Shown here in pieces: positions 10,323-20,564 of a stretch of DNA of 56,645 nt. Numbering within the stretch: the stretch's first letter is position 1; each line of letters opens with the position of its first letter. Made by a program: the position numbers and the translations under genes. Source of the stretch: Myxococcota bacterium (GTDB lineage: Bacteria > Myxococcota_C > UBA6777); the NCBI GenBank assembly GCA_023150835.1, contig JAKLKB010000029.1, positions 1 to 56,645 on the forward strand, written 5' to 3'. The notes under the pieces were generated by a model. It was not told where the DNA came from and made no database searches. It saw nothing but the letters and a program-made list of their open reading frames with translations.

Positions 10323-12563
10323 GTGTATGATCGCGGCAGTTTGAGTTTATGGGTTTGGGCGGTTTTTCTTGGAGAATGGAGTCTGTTGGTCTGGTTTGGG
10401 GGCCTCACTCCCCCAAGAACCCACGCCGAGAACTGGCGACTCCGTCAAACCAACCAGCGCCGCCAACAAGAGGCTCTCAAGAGGCTACAACAACAACCTT
10501 TTTCAGGAACAGCATTTGAGGCGCTTTGGCGGGCCTCTCAAAAAAAAGCCGCCCAGATCCGCATAGAAAAAGCCCTACGTCAGGGTCTGAAGAAGCAACC
10601 CCAAGCGTGGTGGCGATGGGTGGTTTGGGGGCGATGGAAGATGGCGCAGAAACGTTGCGGAGAAGCGTTGGCAGCATGGGAGAAGGCCGAAAGCTACCGT
10701 GCAGATTGGCGGCTTTGTCAAGGCAAAGCCCGAGCGTGGACTTGTGCTGGAGAGAAACAACGGGGACTCGAACAAAGCCGCAAGTGCTTGTCCCAAGTTC
10801 CTGCGGGAGAGAGAGAAAAAGCCTACCAAGAAGTGATGCGGATGGCGATCCAATTACGAGAAAACAAAGCCTTGGCGGATCTGATGCGCGGCGTAGTGGT
10901 GGGGAGGTGGTCACGAAGCGTGTTGTTGTCGATGGCGAGGCACTTATTGAACAGCGGTTATGCCTCGTATGCTTTGCGGGTGTACGAGGTGATGTTGCAA
11001 CAAGGCAAGGCCCACAGCACCAAAGACTGGAAAGAAGCCAGTGAGGCCGCATTGCATACAGGAGCGCTCGGACAAGCCAAGACCTACCTCGCGCACGCTT
11101 ACAAAAGCCCCCAAGGTCCGTCTTGGTGGATGTGGGAATTGTACGGATTAGAGGAGCGGATCGCACGACGCGGTGGAGATCTGCGCACACTTTACGCACA
11201 ACGCAAAGCTGCATGGGGTCCATCACAAACAACAGATAAAACCCGAAGGTTGGACTGGTTGGCCCGAATCGCCGCAGAGATCGGACAAAAAGAAGATGCG
11301 GCGTTGTGGGATCGACAGATCTTGTCGGCGCATCCGCAAGATGTGCAAGCGCTGTTGCGACGCCTACGAGACGCACAACAACGCGGCGATCAAACCATCA
11401 CCCTACAACAGTACGATGCCCTCCTAAAAAGCCAACGCGCAGATCCCGCACACATCGTCTTTTACGTCGAAGCATTGTCCAAACGTTCGGGGCGACCGAA
11501 GTTAGGGCGTTGGAAAGAGTCGTGGGCGACCTTGTATCGGGGGTTATTGTGCTACCACCGCCAACCAAGCCTGTGGATGCACTACAGCACCGAAGAACAC
11601 TTTGGCGAAGCTTGTTACCGCTCAAGCCAAGACGACTGGGCCGAATATCGCCAACGCCGCTGGGACTTTTGGTGGCGCTATGAAGCCAAAGAGCCGCAAA
11701 AACAAGACATCCAACGTGCGCGACGTGTCTTGCTTGCCGCTGTGCGCCAATACAACGGAAGCTTGGAGGCCTTGCGCAATTTCGAGCCTTGGCTGGTTTG
11801 GCTGGGAGAAGACGCAACAGCCTCGAAAGTGCGCAACAGAATGATCGCCTTGAGCGCGGGAGACGCAGAAGCGTTTGTCTGGCTCGAAAAGATGTTTCGA
11901 GAGATGGGCGATCATGCCCGATGGGACACGCTCGTCGAACTTCATCTGGACGAGCCGCGCTGGAACCTTGGTCAGTTTGGAGCCTTGTTGTTCCATCTCG
12001 CCCAAGTCTGGGCCGAACAAGAAACCACAGCCCGACTGAATAAAGCAAAGCTCCGATGGTTCGAACGCTTTGAAGCAAGACGCTCCAAAAAGTCCTCCCC
12101 ATCGAGGAATACAAGTCAAACATGGTCTCGCGTCCCTTGTGATCGGCTGCTGCGCGCCATCCAACGCCATTCCGCCGCCATCGCCCAAACCAGCGCACAG
12201 ATGCAACGACGGTCGTCCCTACGGCCACTTCCACCAAACTCTCCTTCCCCCAACCCAACGCTTCTCGCCGCTCCTCCCCCCAACCACACAGCGCACCGCT
12301 TCAACGGATTCTCCGCAGCAGAAAAAGGCTTATGGCGCGTGTCGGTTCCCTACGCGGCTTGCAGCACAAAAACAGCGCCTTCGAACCTCCGAAATCGTTT
12401 GGAATCCCTCGGATGGGATGCCCAACAATGGGCATGGCTGCTCCATAACTACGCACAGATGGGCGAGATCGAAGGCGTTCGTCGCCTCTACAAAAAGGCC
12501 CCTGATCAGACGGGTTATTGGGAAAAGTGGCTGGCCGAACGCACCCCCTCCCCGATCCCCTAG
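10323..12563 (+). CDS. TPR-like helical-repeat hypothetical protein, probably exported
   Basis: 746-aa ORF; hydrophobic N-terminus; W/A/L helical repeat pattern such as WWRWVVWGRW...EALAAWEKA. Confidence 0.6.
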   Translation: MYDRGSLSLWVWAVFLGEWSLLVWFGGLTPPRTHAENWRLRQTNQRRQQEALKRLQQQPFSGTAFEALWRASQKKAAQIRIEKALRQGLKKQPQAWWRWVVWGRWKMAQKRCGEALAAWEKAESYRADWRLCQGKARAWTCAGEKQRGLEQSRKCLSQVPAGEREKAYQEVMRMAIQLRENKALADLMRGVVVGRWSRSVLLSMARHLLNSGYASYALRVYEVMLQQGKAHSTKDWKEASEAALHTGALGQAKTYLAHAYKSPQGPSWWMWELYGLEERIARRGGDLRTLYAQRKAAWGPSQTTDKTRRLDWLARIAAEIGQKEDAALWDRQILSAHPQDVQALLRRLRDAQQRGDQTITLQQYDALLKSQRADPAHIVFYVEALSKRSGRPKLGRWKESWATLYRGLLCYHRQPSLWMHYSTEEHFGEACYRSSQDDWAEYRQRRWDFWWRYEAKEPQKQDIQRARRVLLAAVRQYNGSLEALRNFEPWLVWLGEDATASKVRNRMIALSAGDAEAFVWLEKMFREMGDHARWDTLVELHLDEPRWNLGQFGALLFHLAQVWAEQETTARLNKAKLRWFERFEARRSKKSSPSRNTSQTWSRVPCDRLLRAIQRHSAAIAQTSAQMQRRSSLRPLPPNSPSPNPTLLAAPPPNHTAHRFNGFSAAEKGLWRVSVPYAACSTKTAPSNLRNRLESLGWDAQQWAWLLHNYAQMGEIEGVRRLYKKAPDQTGYWEKWLAERTPSPIP

Positions 12564-12665
12564 CCTTACAGGGGTACAAAACACGAAATAAGCAGAGGAC
12601 TCGCGATGCTTTTACCCCTCCCCCCCCCAGCCCCCTAGCCGTCTGCTCTATCGCAAACCCAAGCG

Positions 12666-14366
12666 TCACGGGGATATCCGCGAGAGATGGGGTGGGAGGT
12701 TCAGGCGGATCTGCAAGAGATGAACACCCAAACGAGGTTTGCGATACCGACGAAGGCTCTGTAAGTATTCGACCAACGGCATATCCATAACACTATTCCA
12801 GACCTTCGTCGCATGGCGCATGTACGGTTTTCCGTCGATCCACACGACCACGCCTTGATGCACGATCTGAAACGGAGAATTCGATGGCATCGGCACCAAC
12901 ACACTGATGATCGTTCCTGTGCGCATCTTGTGTGCCTGTCGCACAGCAACCTCCAACGGCAGATACGGCAGGCTGTGCCGCCCCATCACAAGGTTCGCCA
13001 CCCCCAAGCGTTCGAGCATCATCCGCCCCTCACGCGAAGATTGATAACTCTGCAAGCTGAGCTGCTTGGTCACGGAGCGCGTCTGATCACCCCCGTGTTT
13101 GCGCGTGATATCTTCAACAAAGCCTTCGCGGATCATCATCGGGATCCATTGCAGCATCGGAAAGTGCTTGCGCTTTTCATAAGCGATCTGTCCGCCCACA
13201 TAACGCAGCCTTTGCGTAAACGCCACCGCATCGCGCAAACGCGAATGCTGCGTCATCGCCATCGCTTGTTCCAAAAAAGTCACACAGTCCATCTTTTCGA
13301 GCGAAAAGATCGGATCCTTGTCCACGCGCCCTGTCGGGCCTTCTCCAAGCGCATCAAATACGTACTTCGTCCCCAACATCCGCTGCGTGATCGCCACAAA
13401 ACGCTCCGAAGGTTCCGCATGGCGCTTGTGTAGATTCTCCAACCATGCCGCAACATCCGACGGTTTCATCGCAAACAACGAAGGCGGAACATCCGGCATC
13501 TTTGGCAAGATCTCCGCTTGGTAGCGCCGCAACGACCCTTCGCAAAAGTCCGAAGGCAACGTCTTCTTTTCGCACTCATCCTCCAAAAAGCGCGAATGCT
13601 TTCGATCTTTGTGTTGCAACAGGCCTTTGGCGATCGCCAACCGCATCGCGGGAGTATCTTGAAAGCGCGCAAACAAGAAGGCCGAAGCCCACCGACTGCG
13701 CCATCGCATCAGATGGGAAAGGGCTTTTTGAGGGCTGCGTTTCCAAAATCCTTCCCATCGGACTTGTCTGCCCGCATGACCAAGCGATGCCAGCGTGAGC
13801 GAATACGCCATCCCCACGCGGCTTTGCAACGCAGGTGTCCAGCCCTCCAAAGCCTGACGCGCTTGTTGTTCGCCGATCTCAGAGAGCGAAGCCAGAGCCA
13901 ACACCGCTTCGGCTCGGCTCCCTTGGGCTGAAACCTCCAAAAGATCCGATACCGCGCCCGAATCGCGCAACATCCCCAAAGAGCGGATCGCCGCCAAACG
14001 CACTTCGGCATCAGCATCTTTGACAAAGGGGCGCAGCAACACCGCCGTCCATCCGATCCCCATCTCACCAAACGCGATGGCCGCGCCCCGTCGCATCGAA
14101 GCCTCGGGCATATTCAACAGCCCCGCCAACACAGGCCACGCACGCACATCTCCTTGTCGTCGGATCTGTCGAGCCGTCGCACGCTGAAACCCCGCACTAC
14201 TCGACCGAATGCGATACACCAAACGCATCAACGACAGCGAGCGCGTGTTGGCTTCCGCCTCCGCCTCCCATCCCCACAGCACACACATCACACACATCAC
14301 CCCCAAACCACGCATCCCCGCGCTCAACCGACTTCTCTCAACACCTTCTCTCCACATCCTTCGCAT
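12666..14366 (-). CDS. HEAT-repeat + DUF1460 (AmiA-like permuted NlpC/P60 amidase) protein
   Basis: HEAT motifs (SMRRGAAIAFGEMG, EVRLAAIRSLGMLRD); LGTKY..DALGEG...MDCVTFLEQAMA, RKHF, VHQG, MRHA. Start is uncertain (14315-14429). Confidence 0.8.
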   Translation of the reverse strand: MRRMWREGVERSRLSAGMRGLGVMCVMCVLWGWEAEAEANTRSLSLMRLVYRIRSSSAGFQRATARQIRRQGDVRAWPVLAGLLNMPEASMRRGAAIAFGEMGIGWTAVLLRPFVKDADAEVRLAAIRSLGMLRDSGAVSDLLEVSAQGSRAEAVLALASLSEIGEQQARQALEGWTPALQSRVGMAYSLTLASLGHAGRQVRWEGFWKRSPQKALSHLMRWRSRWASAFLFARFQDTPAMRLAIAKGLLQHKDRKHSRFLEDECEKKTLPSDFCEGSLRRYQAEILPKMPDVPPSLFAMKPSDVAAWLENLHKRHAEPSERFVAITQRMLGTKYVFDALGEGPTGRVDKDPIFSLEKMDCVTFLEQAMAMTQHSRLRDAVAFTQRLRYVGGQIAYEKRKHFPMLQWIPMMIREGFVEDITRKHGGDQTRSVTKQLSLQSYQSSREGRMMLERLGVANLVMGRHSLPYLPLEVAVRQAHKMRTGTIISVLVPMPSNSPFQIVHQGVVVWIDGKPYMRHATKVWNSVMDMPLVEYLQSLRRYRKPRLGVHLLQIRLNLPPHLSRISP

Positions 14367-14459
14367 CCTCTTTCTTCCTGTGAGGCTCCTCTCAAACAAG
14401 GCTCTCCTGCTCCCAAAACCAACGTCCAAGTCGTCCGCTTTTTTAGGCTTCCTGCGTTG

Positions 14460-14870
14460 TCAAAAATTGGTCAGCGTTGTCATCAAAATGAGTTCGTCGA
14501 TGCACTTGAAATCAGACGGGTTATGCGTGACAAGGGGAATTTGGAAGTGTATCGCTGTCGCGGCAATCCACGCATCTTGAACGGAAATCGGCTGCCCACT
14601 CGAACGAGCAACGGCCCTCACTCTCCCCCACTCTTTGCACACATTGGCATGGTACGGAAGCATCAAATAATCCAACCGCAAAGCTTCCTCTAATTCTATT
14701 TTTCGCCTTTCTCCCCACCGATTGATCTCAGCCCATTGAAACAGCTCAGCGACCGTCATAAAAGATATCGCCAAGACTTTTCCTTCAAGAAAAGGAGCGT
14801 ACGCTTCTGCTCGCGTATCGGCTTTTATCAAAAAGGAAACAATATTGGTATCCAAAAGTACAGTCCTCAC
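14460..14870 (-). CDS. vapC: PIN-domain toxin (VapC family)
   Basis: VLLDTNIVS, TVAEL, DAWIAATA, LVTHNPSDF; GTG start overlaps the upstream TGA. Confidence 0.9.
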   Translation of the reverse strand: MRTVLLDTNIVSFLIKADTRAEAYAPFLEGKVLAISFMTVAELFQWAEINRWGERRKIELEEALRLDYLMLPYHANVCKEWGRVRAVARSSGQPISVQDAWIAATAIHFQIPLVTHNPSDFKCIDELILMTTLTNF

Positions 14871-15166
14871 GAATTTTCCCTTTGTTTGTCGGCCAACCTT
14901 TGTTCCTCCAAAAACGTTGTGAACTCGTCCGCTCCCTCCTGCTTCGGCCAGAGTTCTTTTCGGTACGCTTGGAGGCTTGGCTTAGCTTGGATTTGCTGTA
15001 CTTCGATGTATTCTTCCAAAGTTTTCCCTTTCCACACGCTCCGTTTTTCCTCGATATCCTGAAATCTGCTCTGCAGTTTTGATGAAAGCCTTGAAACAAG
15101 TTCCAGTTGCTCAGATAACGATAACGTAGTTACCGCGTCCATAATCTCTTCGACTCGTGTCCTCAT
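14867..15166 (-). CDS. putative antitoxin partner of VapC
   Basis: 99 aa; AAGGAG RBS; GTGA overlap with vapC; acidic C-terminus. Confidence 0.7.
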   Translation of the reverse strand: MRTRVEEIMDAVTTLSLSEQLELVSRLSSKLQSRFQDIEEKRSVWKGKTLEEYIEVQQIQAKPSLQAYRKELWPKQEGADEFTTFLEEQRLADKQRENS

Positions 15167-15194
15167 TTGCTTCTCCTTCACGTTCTTCACACCA

Positions 15195-16412
15195 CTAAAG
15201 CAGGTGTGCTTGTTGTTTCTGACGCAACGCGACCACACGATCCAAGATCGCGTGCGCCACCTCTTCTTTTCCCATCAAAGGCAGCGCGATCGCCTCCTGC
15301 CCCACTTCAAACAAGATCACTTGGTTGGTGTCTGTCCCAAAACCACTGCCTTGTTGTGTCACGTCGTTGCCAACGATCAGATCGAGATGTTTTCGCACCA
15401 ACTTATCTTGCGCGTTTTCCATCAGGTTCTCTGTCTCCGCCGCAAACCCAACTGTAATCCGCAAGGGCGACGGGGGCAATGAAGCCAAGATATCGATGTT
15501 GCGCGCAAGCTCAAGCCCCAACGGGCCTTCCTTTTTCTTGATCTTTTGCATGGAGACCTCTGCGGGCCGATAGTCCGCCACCGCAGCAGACATGATCAGC
15601 GTCGTTGCTTGCGCAAGATGTGCATGAACAGCTTCCGCCATCTGTGCGGCAGAACGGACATCAACACGCACACAACCCGCAGGCACAGGCCGCTCTTTCA
15701 TCGCCGTGATCAACGTGACCTTGGCCCCCCGCATCGCCGCCACCTTGGCGATCGCAAAGCCCATCTTCCCCGTCGAACGATTCGACAAAAAGCGCACAGG
15801 GTCCAGATCCTCAAACGTCGCACCTGCCGTCACCACCAGATGCTCTCCACGCAGATCCTGACGCCCCCCTCCAAGCACCCATCCACAAAAATCCATCAAC
15901 TCTTGCGGTTCCGCCAACCTCCCCAATCCCGTCTCACCACACGCCATCTCCCCTTCTCCCGGGGCCGCGATCCAATAATTCTTCCATCCACCGATCTCTC
16001 GAAGATTGTTTTGAACCCCGGGATGAGCATACATCTGCGGATTCATCGCAGGAGCCAACACCACAGGCGCGTGCGACGCGATCACCGCTGTCGACAACAA
16101 GTCCTCTGCGTTTCCATGTGCGATCCTTGCGATGGTTCTAGCCGATGCAGGTGCCACAACGACCAGATCCGCACGTCGCGCCAACTGGATGTGCGCTGTC
16201 GCCACCTCTGGCCCACCGCTGTACATCTCGCTATATGCTTCGCGCCCTGTCAGCGAAAAAAAGGTCAACGGCGTAATAAACTCTTTTGCCGAGCGCGTCA
16301 TCACCACCTGCACCCGCGCCCCCGCACGCACCAGATATCGCGCAAACTCCGCCGCTTTGTATGCTGCGATACTCCCTGTCACCCCCAAAAGTACTTCTTT
16401 TCCGACAAACAT
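15195..16412 (-). CDS. coaBC: bifunctional phosphopantothenoylcysteine decarboxylase/ligase
   Basis: LGVTGSIAAYK, PAMN, MACGETGLGRL, TAGAT.E.LDPVRFLSNRSTGKMG, AAVADY, VGFAAET. Confidence 0.97.
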   Translation of the reverse strand: MFVGKEVLLGVTGSIAAYKAAEFARYLVRAGARVQVVMTRSAKEFITPLTFFSLTGREAYSEMYSGGPEVATAHIQLARRADLVVVAPASARTIARIAHGNAEDLLSTAVIASHAPVVLAPAMNPQMYAHPGVQNNLREIGGWKNYWIAAPGEGEMACGETGLGRLAEPQELMDFCGWVLGGGRQDLRGEHLVVTAGATFEDLDPVRFLSNRSTGKMGFAIAKVAAMRGAKVTLITAMKERPVPAGCVRVDVRSAAQMAEAVHAHLAQATTLIMSAAVADYRPAEVSMQKIKKKEGPLGLELARNIDILASLPPSPLRITVGFAAETENLMENAQDKLVRKHLDLIVGNDVTQQGSGFGTDTNQVILFEVGQEAIALPLMGKEEVAHAILDRVVALRQKQQAHLL

Positions 16413-16600
16413 CCGACACCTCCGCACTCACTCCAAAAATACACCAGCCCCATCCCCAACCATCATGGCTGAGATCTCTCCACAATTCAACATCGCTCGC
16501 CTTGACAGCGACCCGCCGATCCACCAGATCCTGTCTCCAGAACAGCCGTTTTTCCATCGCTCGAACATCACCGATGGGACCGACTCACAAGGCAGCCACC

Positions 16601-18265
16601 ATGCCAACACGCTTCTTTCTATGCCTCGGATTCTCCGCGTTCTTTGGATCTGCTCACGCATCCCCTCCCTACCCGAACAACCCAAACCACCCAAGTACCC
16701 GAAGCAAACAAAACCACCCAAGTATCCGAGACAACCCAAACCACCCAAGTACCCGAGATAACCCAAACCACCCAAGTATCCGAAGCAAACAAAACCACCC
16801 ATCTGTCCGAGACCATCGCCGCCTTTACGCTGACGCTCGCCTCCCGGACGGAACCATCCAAAGCGGCAAACTGATCATCGAAGACGCCCCCCTTCCCCGC
16901 TCTGCTTTTCCCACCCAAAACGCCGACTGTTGGCCCTACGTCCGACGCCATCAACTGCGGCCATCAAGACCCCATCGGCACTATCCCAAAACGGTTGAAC
17001 AGGCCGTCCAATGGCTGCTTGCGGCAAAAAAACGCGGGCGGTTATTTTTCCAACAAGGCGCGATCCTCGGCCACTTACAAAGCGTGATCGACCAACACAC
17101 GCAAGGCGATCTCTACCTATTCTTCGGCAACAACCACACCATCACAACACACTACCGCTTTTTCAATGAAGCCCTCCATCTCGGAAAAGACGGACTCCAA
17201 CTCACGGGCATCACCCATCTTGCCCTCGAAGCCTTTGTCACAGACTTTCACTCTCCGCCCTTGTCTCGTCAAACCACCCGATGGCTGCGCGATATCTGGG
17301 GAAAAAACCAACGCGATCTGCTGCGCGATCCATCCCGTCGCCAACACCTTGCGCGCCTCCTGCTCACCAGCCAACAACCGCTGATCGATCTCTATCTTCA
17401 CCGCAAACAAGATTGGGCCTTTCGTCTCCTGACCGTTGTCAATCGCTTTCTGCTTGGCCGCGCCTACTCACGCTCCTTTCTCAACGAGATCGAAGCGACG
17501 CTCCGCCATGCCCGCAACCATCCCAACGGTCCTCTCGATGTGATCGCTACCGATATGTCGCTTTCTCTTCGCCAACGCTTCTACCATGTCTATTGTTGGA
17601 TCTACCCTCTGCGCGAAGCCTTTGGCCTCCAAATCATCCAACGCCGCCTCCAACAAAAGCCCCAAAAACGCCGCGTGATCGCCTTGATGTGGGGCGCTGA
17701 CCACATCCGTAAACAACGCTTCCCACGCTTTTTGCCCACCACCACACCCACCTACTCCGTCCGCCTCGCAGGCGGCTCCAAACCCGATCTGTGGGATCTT
17801 GCCTTCGCACGCCTCGGTTGGCCCTTGCGCGCCTTTGCCCTCGACACACCCAACGCCGAAGAAGCCGACCTCTTGATCCACTTTCCCCCCAAAGGCTCCT
17901 TTGCCCTCGCAAGCACAGAGATCCGCAAGATCGCACTCGCACGCCTACTACGCCAAACCCAAGGCTCCCGATGGAACGACCTTTCCCCCGTCTCCTTGAC
18001 CTACCAAAACAACCTCCGCCAAGTCCTCCAATTTCTTCAACCCCGCCTCGATCGCTGCCACCAACACGGCTTTTCCCCCTTACAGATCGAACTCCATATC
18101 GGCTCAAGCGGGCGCATTGTCCGCACGATCATTCGGTCCAACCCTTTCCGCTCTTGGTCCGAACGATGTATCCGCCTCGCCCTCTGGCGCTATCCTCTCC
18201 CTCCCCCTCCACGCGGCGCACCCCTCCGCCTTGATTTTGTCCTCCAACGCACCAAACTCCGCTGA
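16601..18265 (+). CDS. secreted hypothetical protein: EreA/ChaN-like domain + AgmX/PglI (TonB-C-like) C-terminal domain
   Basis: Signal peptide ending AHA; 9-aa repeats; motifs FFGNNH..THY, ITHLALE, MWGADHI; tail RLDRC...IGSSGRIV...ERCI...YPLPPP. Confidence 0.55.
   Translation: MPTRFFLCLGFSAFFGSAHASPPYPNNPNHPSTRSKQNHPSIRDNPNHPSTRDNPNHPSIRSKQNHPSVRDHRRLYADARLPDGTIQSGKLIIEDAPLPRSAFPTQNADCWPYVRRHQLRPSRPHRHYPKTVEQAVQWLLAAKKRGRLFFQQGAILGHLQSVIDQHTQGDLYLFFGNNHTITTHYRFFNEALHLGKDGLQLTGITHLALEAFVTDFHSPPLSRQTTRWLRDIWGKNQRDLLRDPSRRQHLARLLLTSQQPLIDLYLHRKQDWAFRLLTVVNRFLLGRAYSRSFLNEIEATLRHARNHPNGPLDVIATDMSLSLRQRFYHVYCWIYPLREAFGLQIIQRRLQQKPQKRRVIALMWGADHIRKQRFPRFLPTTTPTYSVRLAGGSKPDLWDLAFARLGWPLRAFALDTPNAEEADLLIHFPPKGSFALASTEIRKIALARLLRQTQGSRWNDLSPVSLTYQNNLRQVLQFLQPRLDRCHQHGFSPLQIELHIGSSGRIVRTIIRSNPFRSWSERCIRLALWRYPLPPPPRGAPLRLDFVLQRTKLR
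16679..16812 (+). repeat. 27-bp coding tandem repeat (about 5 copies, NHPS(T/I/V)R...)
   Basis: AAACCACCCAAGTAYCCGA recurs with 27-nt period. Confidence 0.8.
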
Positions 18266-18402
18266 GCGCTTGCCTCCCACACCCTTTGCGTTCTTCTGCT
18301 TGACGGGGGCGATGGAGGATGGTAGAACGCTAGGTCTTGCAAAAAGGAATCGGCACCCCCAACGGGGTCAAGCCCCTAGAAATAAAAGGAAAAGGGAAAA
18401 TC

Positions 18403-19617
18403 ATGACGATGGACTGGAGCCAGATCCCCGCGATCAATCAGATCGATTTGACCGGCAAACGGGTCTTCATGCGCCTTGATCTCAACGCCCCGATCAAAGA
18501 CGGAAAAGTCAAAGACGATACGCGACTTCGCGCTGTTCTTCCCACCATCAACTACGCTCTCGCCCGAAATGCCCGCTTGATCCTCGCCTCTCATCTTGGA
18601 CGACCCAAAGGCGTGGACCCCTCCCAAAGCCTCGAACCCGTCGCCGCAAAACTCGCCGAACTCCTCAACCACGAGATCAAACTCTCCGATTATCCCGTCG
18701 GCGACGCCACCCAAAAACTCGTCTCCGAACTCCGCAACAACGAGATCTTGTTGCTCGAAAACCTCCGCTTTGACAAAGGCGAAAGCAAAAACGACGAAGA
18801 ACTCTCCAAACAATTCGCCAGCTACGCCGACGTCTACATCAATGACGCCTTCGGCACCGCACACCGCGCCCACGCTTCGACCGCCGGCATGATCCCCTTT
18901 GTCCAAGGCCCCTCTGGCGTCGGCTTCCTCATGCACAAAGAGATCGCCGCTCTCACTCACCTACTCAACGATCCCGCCCGCCCCTTCGTGGCTGTACTCG
19001 GAGGTGCCAAAGTCTCCGACAAGATCGGACTGATCCAAAATCTGCTCGGACAATGCCAATCCATCCTGATCGGCGGAGCCATGGCCTACACCTTCCTCAA
19101 AGCCCTCGACCTCCCCGTCGGCGCCTCCCGCTTTGAAGAAGATCAACTCCCTCTCGCCGCGACTCTCCTCAAAAAGGCCGAAGCTCGCGGCGTCAAACTC
19201 CTCCTCCCCGAAGATCACGTCGTCGCCACCGAGATCAGCGCCGAAGCCAAAACCCGCATCGTCACCGACAAATTCCAACCCGAAGACATGGGCTTGGATA
19301 TCGGCCCCCGTACTCTCGCCACCTACAGCGAGATCATCCACAACGCAGGCAAAGTCTTTTGGAACGGTCCAATGGGCGTCTTTGAAGTCGCCCCCTTTGC
19401 AGCAGGCACACGCGCTGTCGCCGAAGCCATGGCCAAAACCAACGCTTACACTCTGATCGGTGGAGGCGACTCTGCCGCCGCCGTCGAACAGTTCGGTCTC
19501 GCCGACAAGATCAGCCACATCTCAACAGGTGGCGGCGCTTCTCTCACCTTCCTCGAAGGTGAAGTCCTCCCCGGACTTGAAGCCCTCCGCCTCGCCAATC
19601 CCCCGAAAAAAGACTGA
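18403..19617 (+). CDS. pgk: phosphoglycerate kinase
   Basis: RLDLNAP, SHLGRPKG, LLENLRF, NDAFGTAHRAH, GGAKVSDK, WNGPMG, GGGDS, STGGGASL. Confidence 0.98.
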   Translation: MTMDWSQIPAINQIDLTGKRVFMRLDLNAPIKDGKVKDDTRLRAVLPTINYALARNARLILASHLGRPKGVDPSQSLEPVAAKLAELLNHEIKLSDYPVGDATQKLVSELRNNEILLLENLRFDKGESKNDEELSKQFASYADVYINDAFGTAHRAHASTAGMIPFVQGPSGVGFLMHKEIAALTHLLNDPARPFVAVLGGAKVSDKIGLIQNLLGQCQSILIGGAMAYTFLKALDLPVGASRFEEDQLPLAATLLKKAEARGVKLLLPEDHVVATEISAEAKTRIVTDKFQPEDMGLDIGPRTLATYSEIIHNAGKVFWNGPMGVFEVAPFAAGTRAVAEAMAKTNAYTLIGGGDSAAAVEQFGLADKISHISTGGGASLTFLEGEVLPGLEALRLANPPKKD

Positions 19618-19755
19618 TCCGCTCGCTTTGTACGCCCTTCCCCCGTACGCCAAAACGCCTCCGCACCTCGTACGCACAGGGCTTTTCTGTTGCCTTCCAA
19701 CAAGACCGCCCTACGGGATTGTTTGGGCATACGTCAAACGAACAAAGGTACACCC

Positions 19756-20529
19756 ATGACCTCACGCAAAGCACTGATCGCTGGCAACTGGAAAATGTTT
19801 AAGACCATCCCCGAAGCTGTGGACTTTGCAACGGCTTTGCGCAAAGCCCTCACCTCTCTGCCTCCACACGTCGAGGTCGTGGTCGCCCCTCCCTCTGTCG
19901 CCCTCCTTCCAACAGCACAAGTCCTTGAAAGCGCACCCATCGCCGTCAGCGGCCAAAATGTCTACCCCGCCAACGAAGGCGCATTTACGGGTGAGATCTC
20001 GCCCACCATGCTCAAGGCCGCTGGCTGTAGCTATTGCATCGTTGGACACTCCGAACGACGCCAATACTTTCACGAAACCGATGCCTTCGTTCGAGAAAAA
20101 GTCGATGCTCTCCTCGCCGAAGGCATCACACCGATCTTTTGCATCGGCGAAAGCCTCGCCCAACGCCAAGCCAATGAGACTTTTTCTTTGCTTTCCACCC
20201 AACTCAACGCTACCTTCGCAAACCGTGATCGCGAACAAGCCGAGCAGATCGTGATCGCCTACGAACCCATCTGGGCTATCGGTACAGGCCACACCGCCAC
20301 CCCCGCACAAGCCCAAGAAGTCCACGCTTTCCTGCGTCAACAACTCGATCACTCCTTTGGCGCAGACACCGCACAGCGTATCCGCATCCTTTACGGTGGA
20401 AGCGTCAAACCCGACAATATCGACGACTTGATGAAACAGCCCGATATCGATGGTGCCCTCGTTGGGGGCGCATCACTCAAACTCGACTCCTTCGTGCGCA
20501 TCGTGAGCTTTCAATCTCCTGCGGCTTGA
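19756..20529 (+). CDS. tpiA: triosephosphate isomerase
   Basis: AGNWKM, GHSERR, AYEPIWAIGTG, YGGSVK, LVGGASL. Confidence 0.98.
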   Translation: MTSRKALIAGNWKMFKTIPEAVDFATALRKALTSLPPHVEVVVAPPSVALLPTAQVLESAPIAVSGQNVYPANEGAFTGEISPTMLKAAGCSYCIVGHSERRQYFHETDAFVREKVDALLAEGITPIFCIGESLAQRQANETFSLLSTQLNATFANRDREQAEQIVIAYEPIWAIGTGHTATPAQAQEVHAFLRQQLDHSFGADTAQRIRILYGGSVKPDNIDDLMKQPDIDGALVGGASLKLDSFVRIVSFQSPAA

Positions 20530-20564
20530 CTTCGCGCACCTCAACTCTGAGAGAGAATCCTAGC

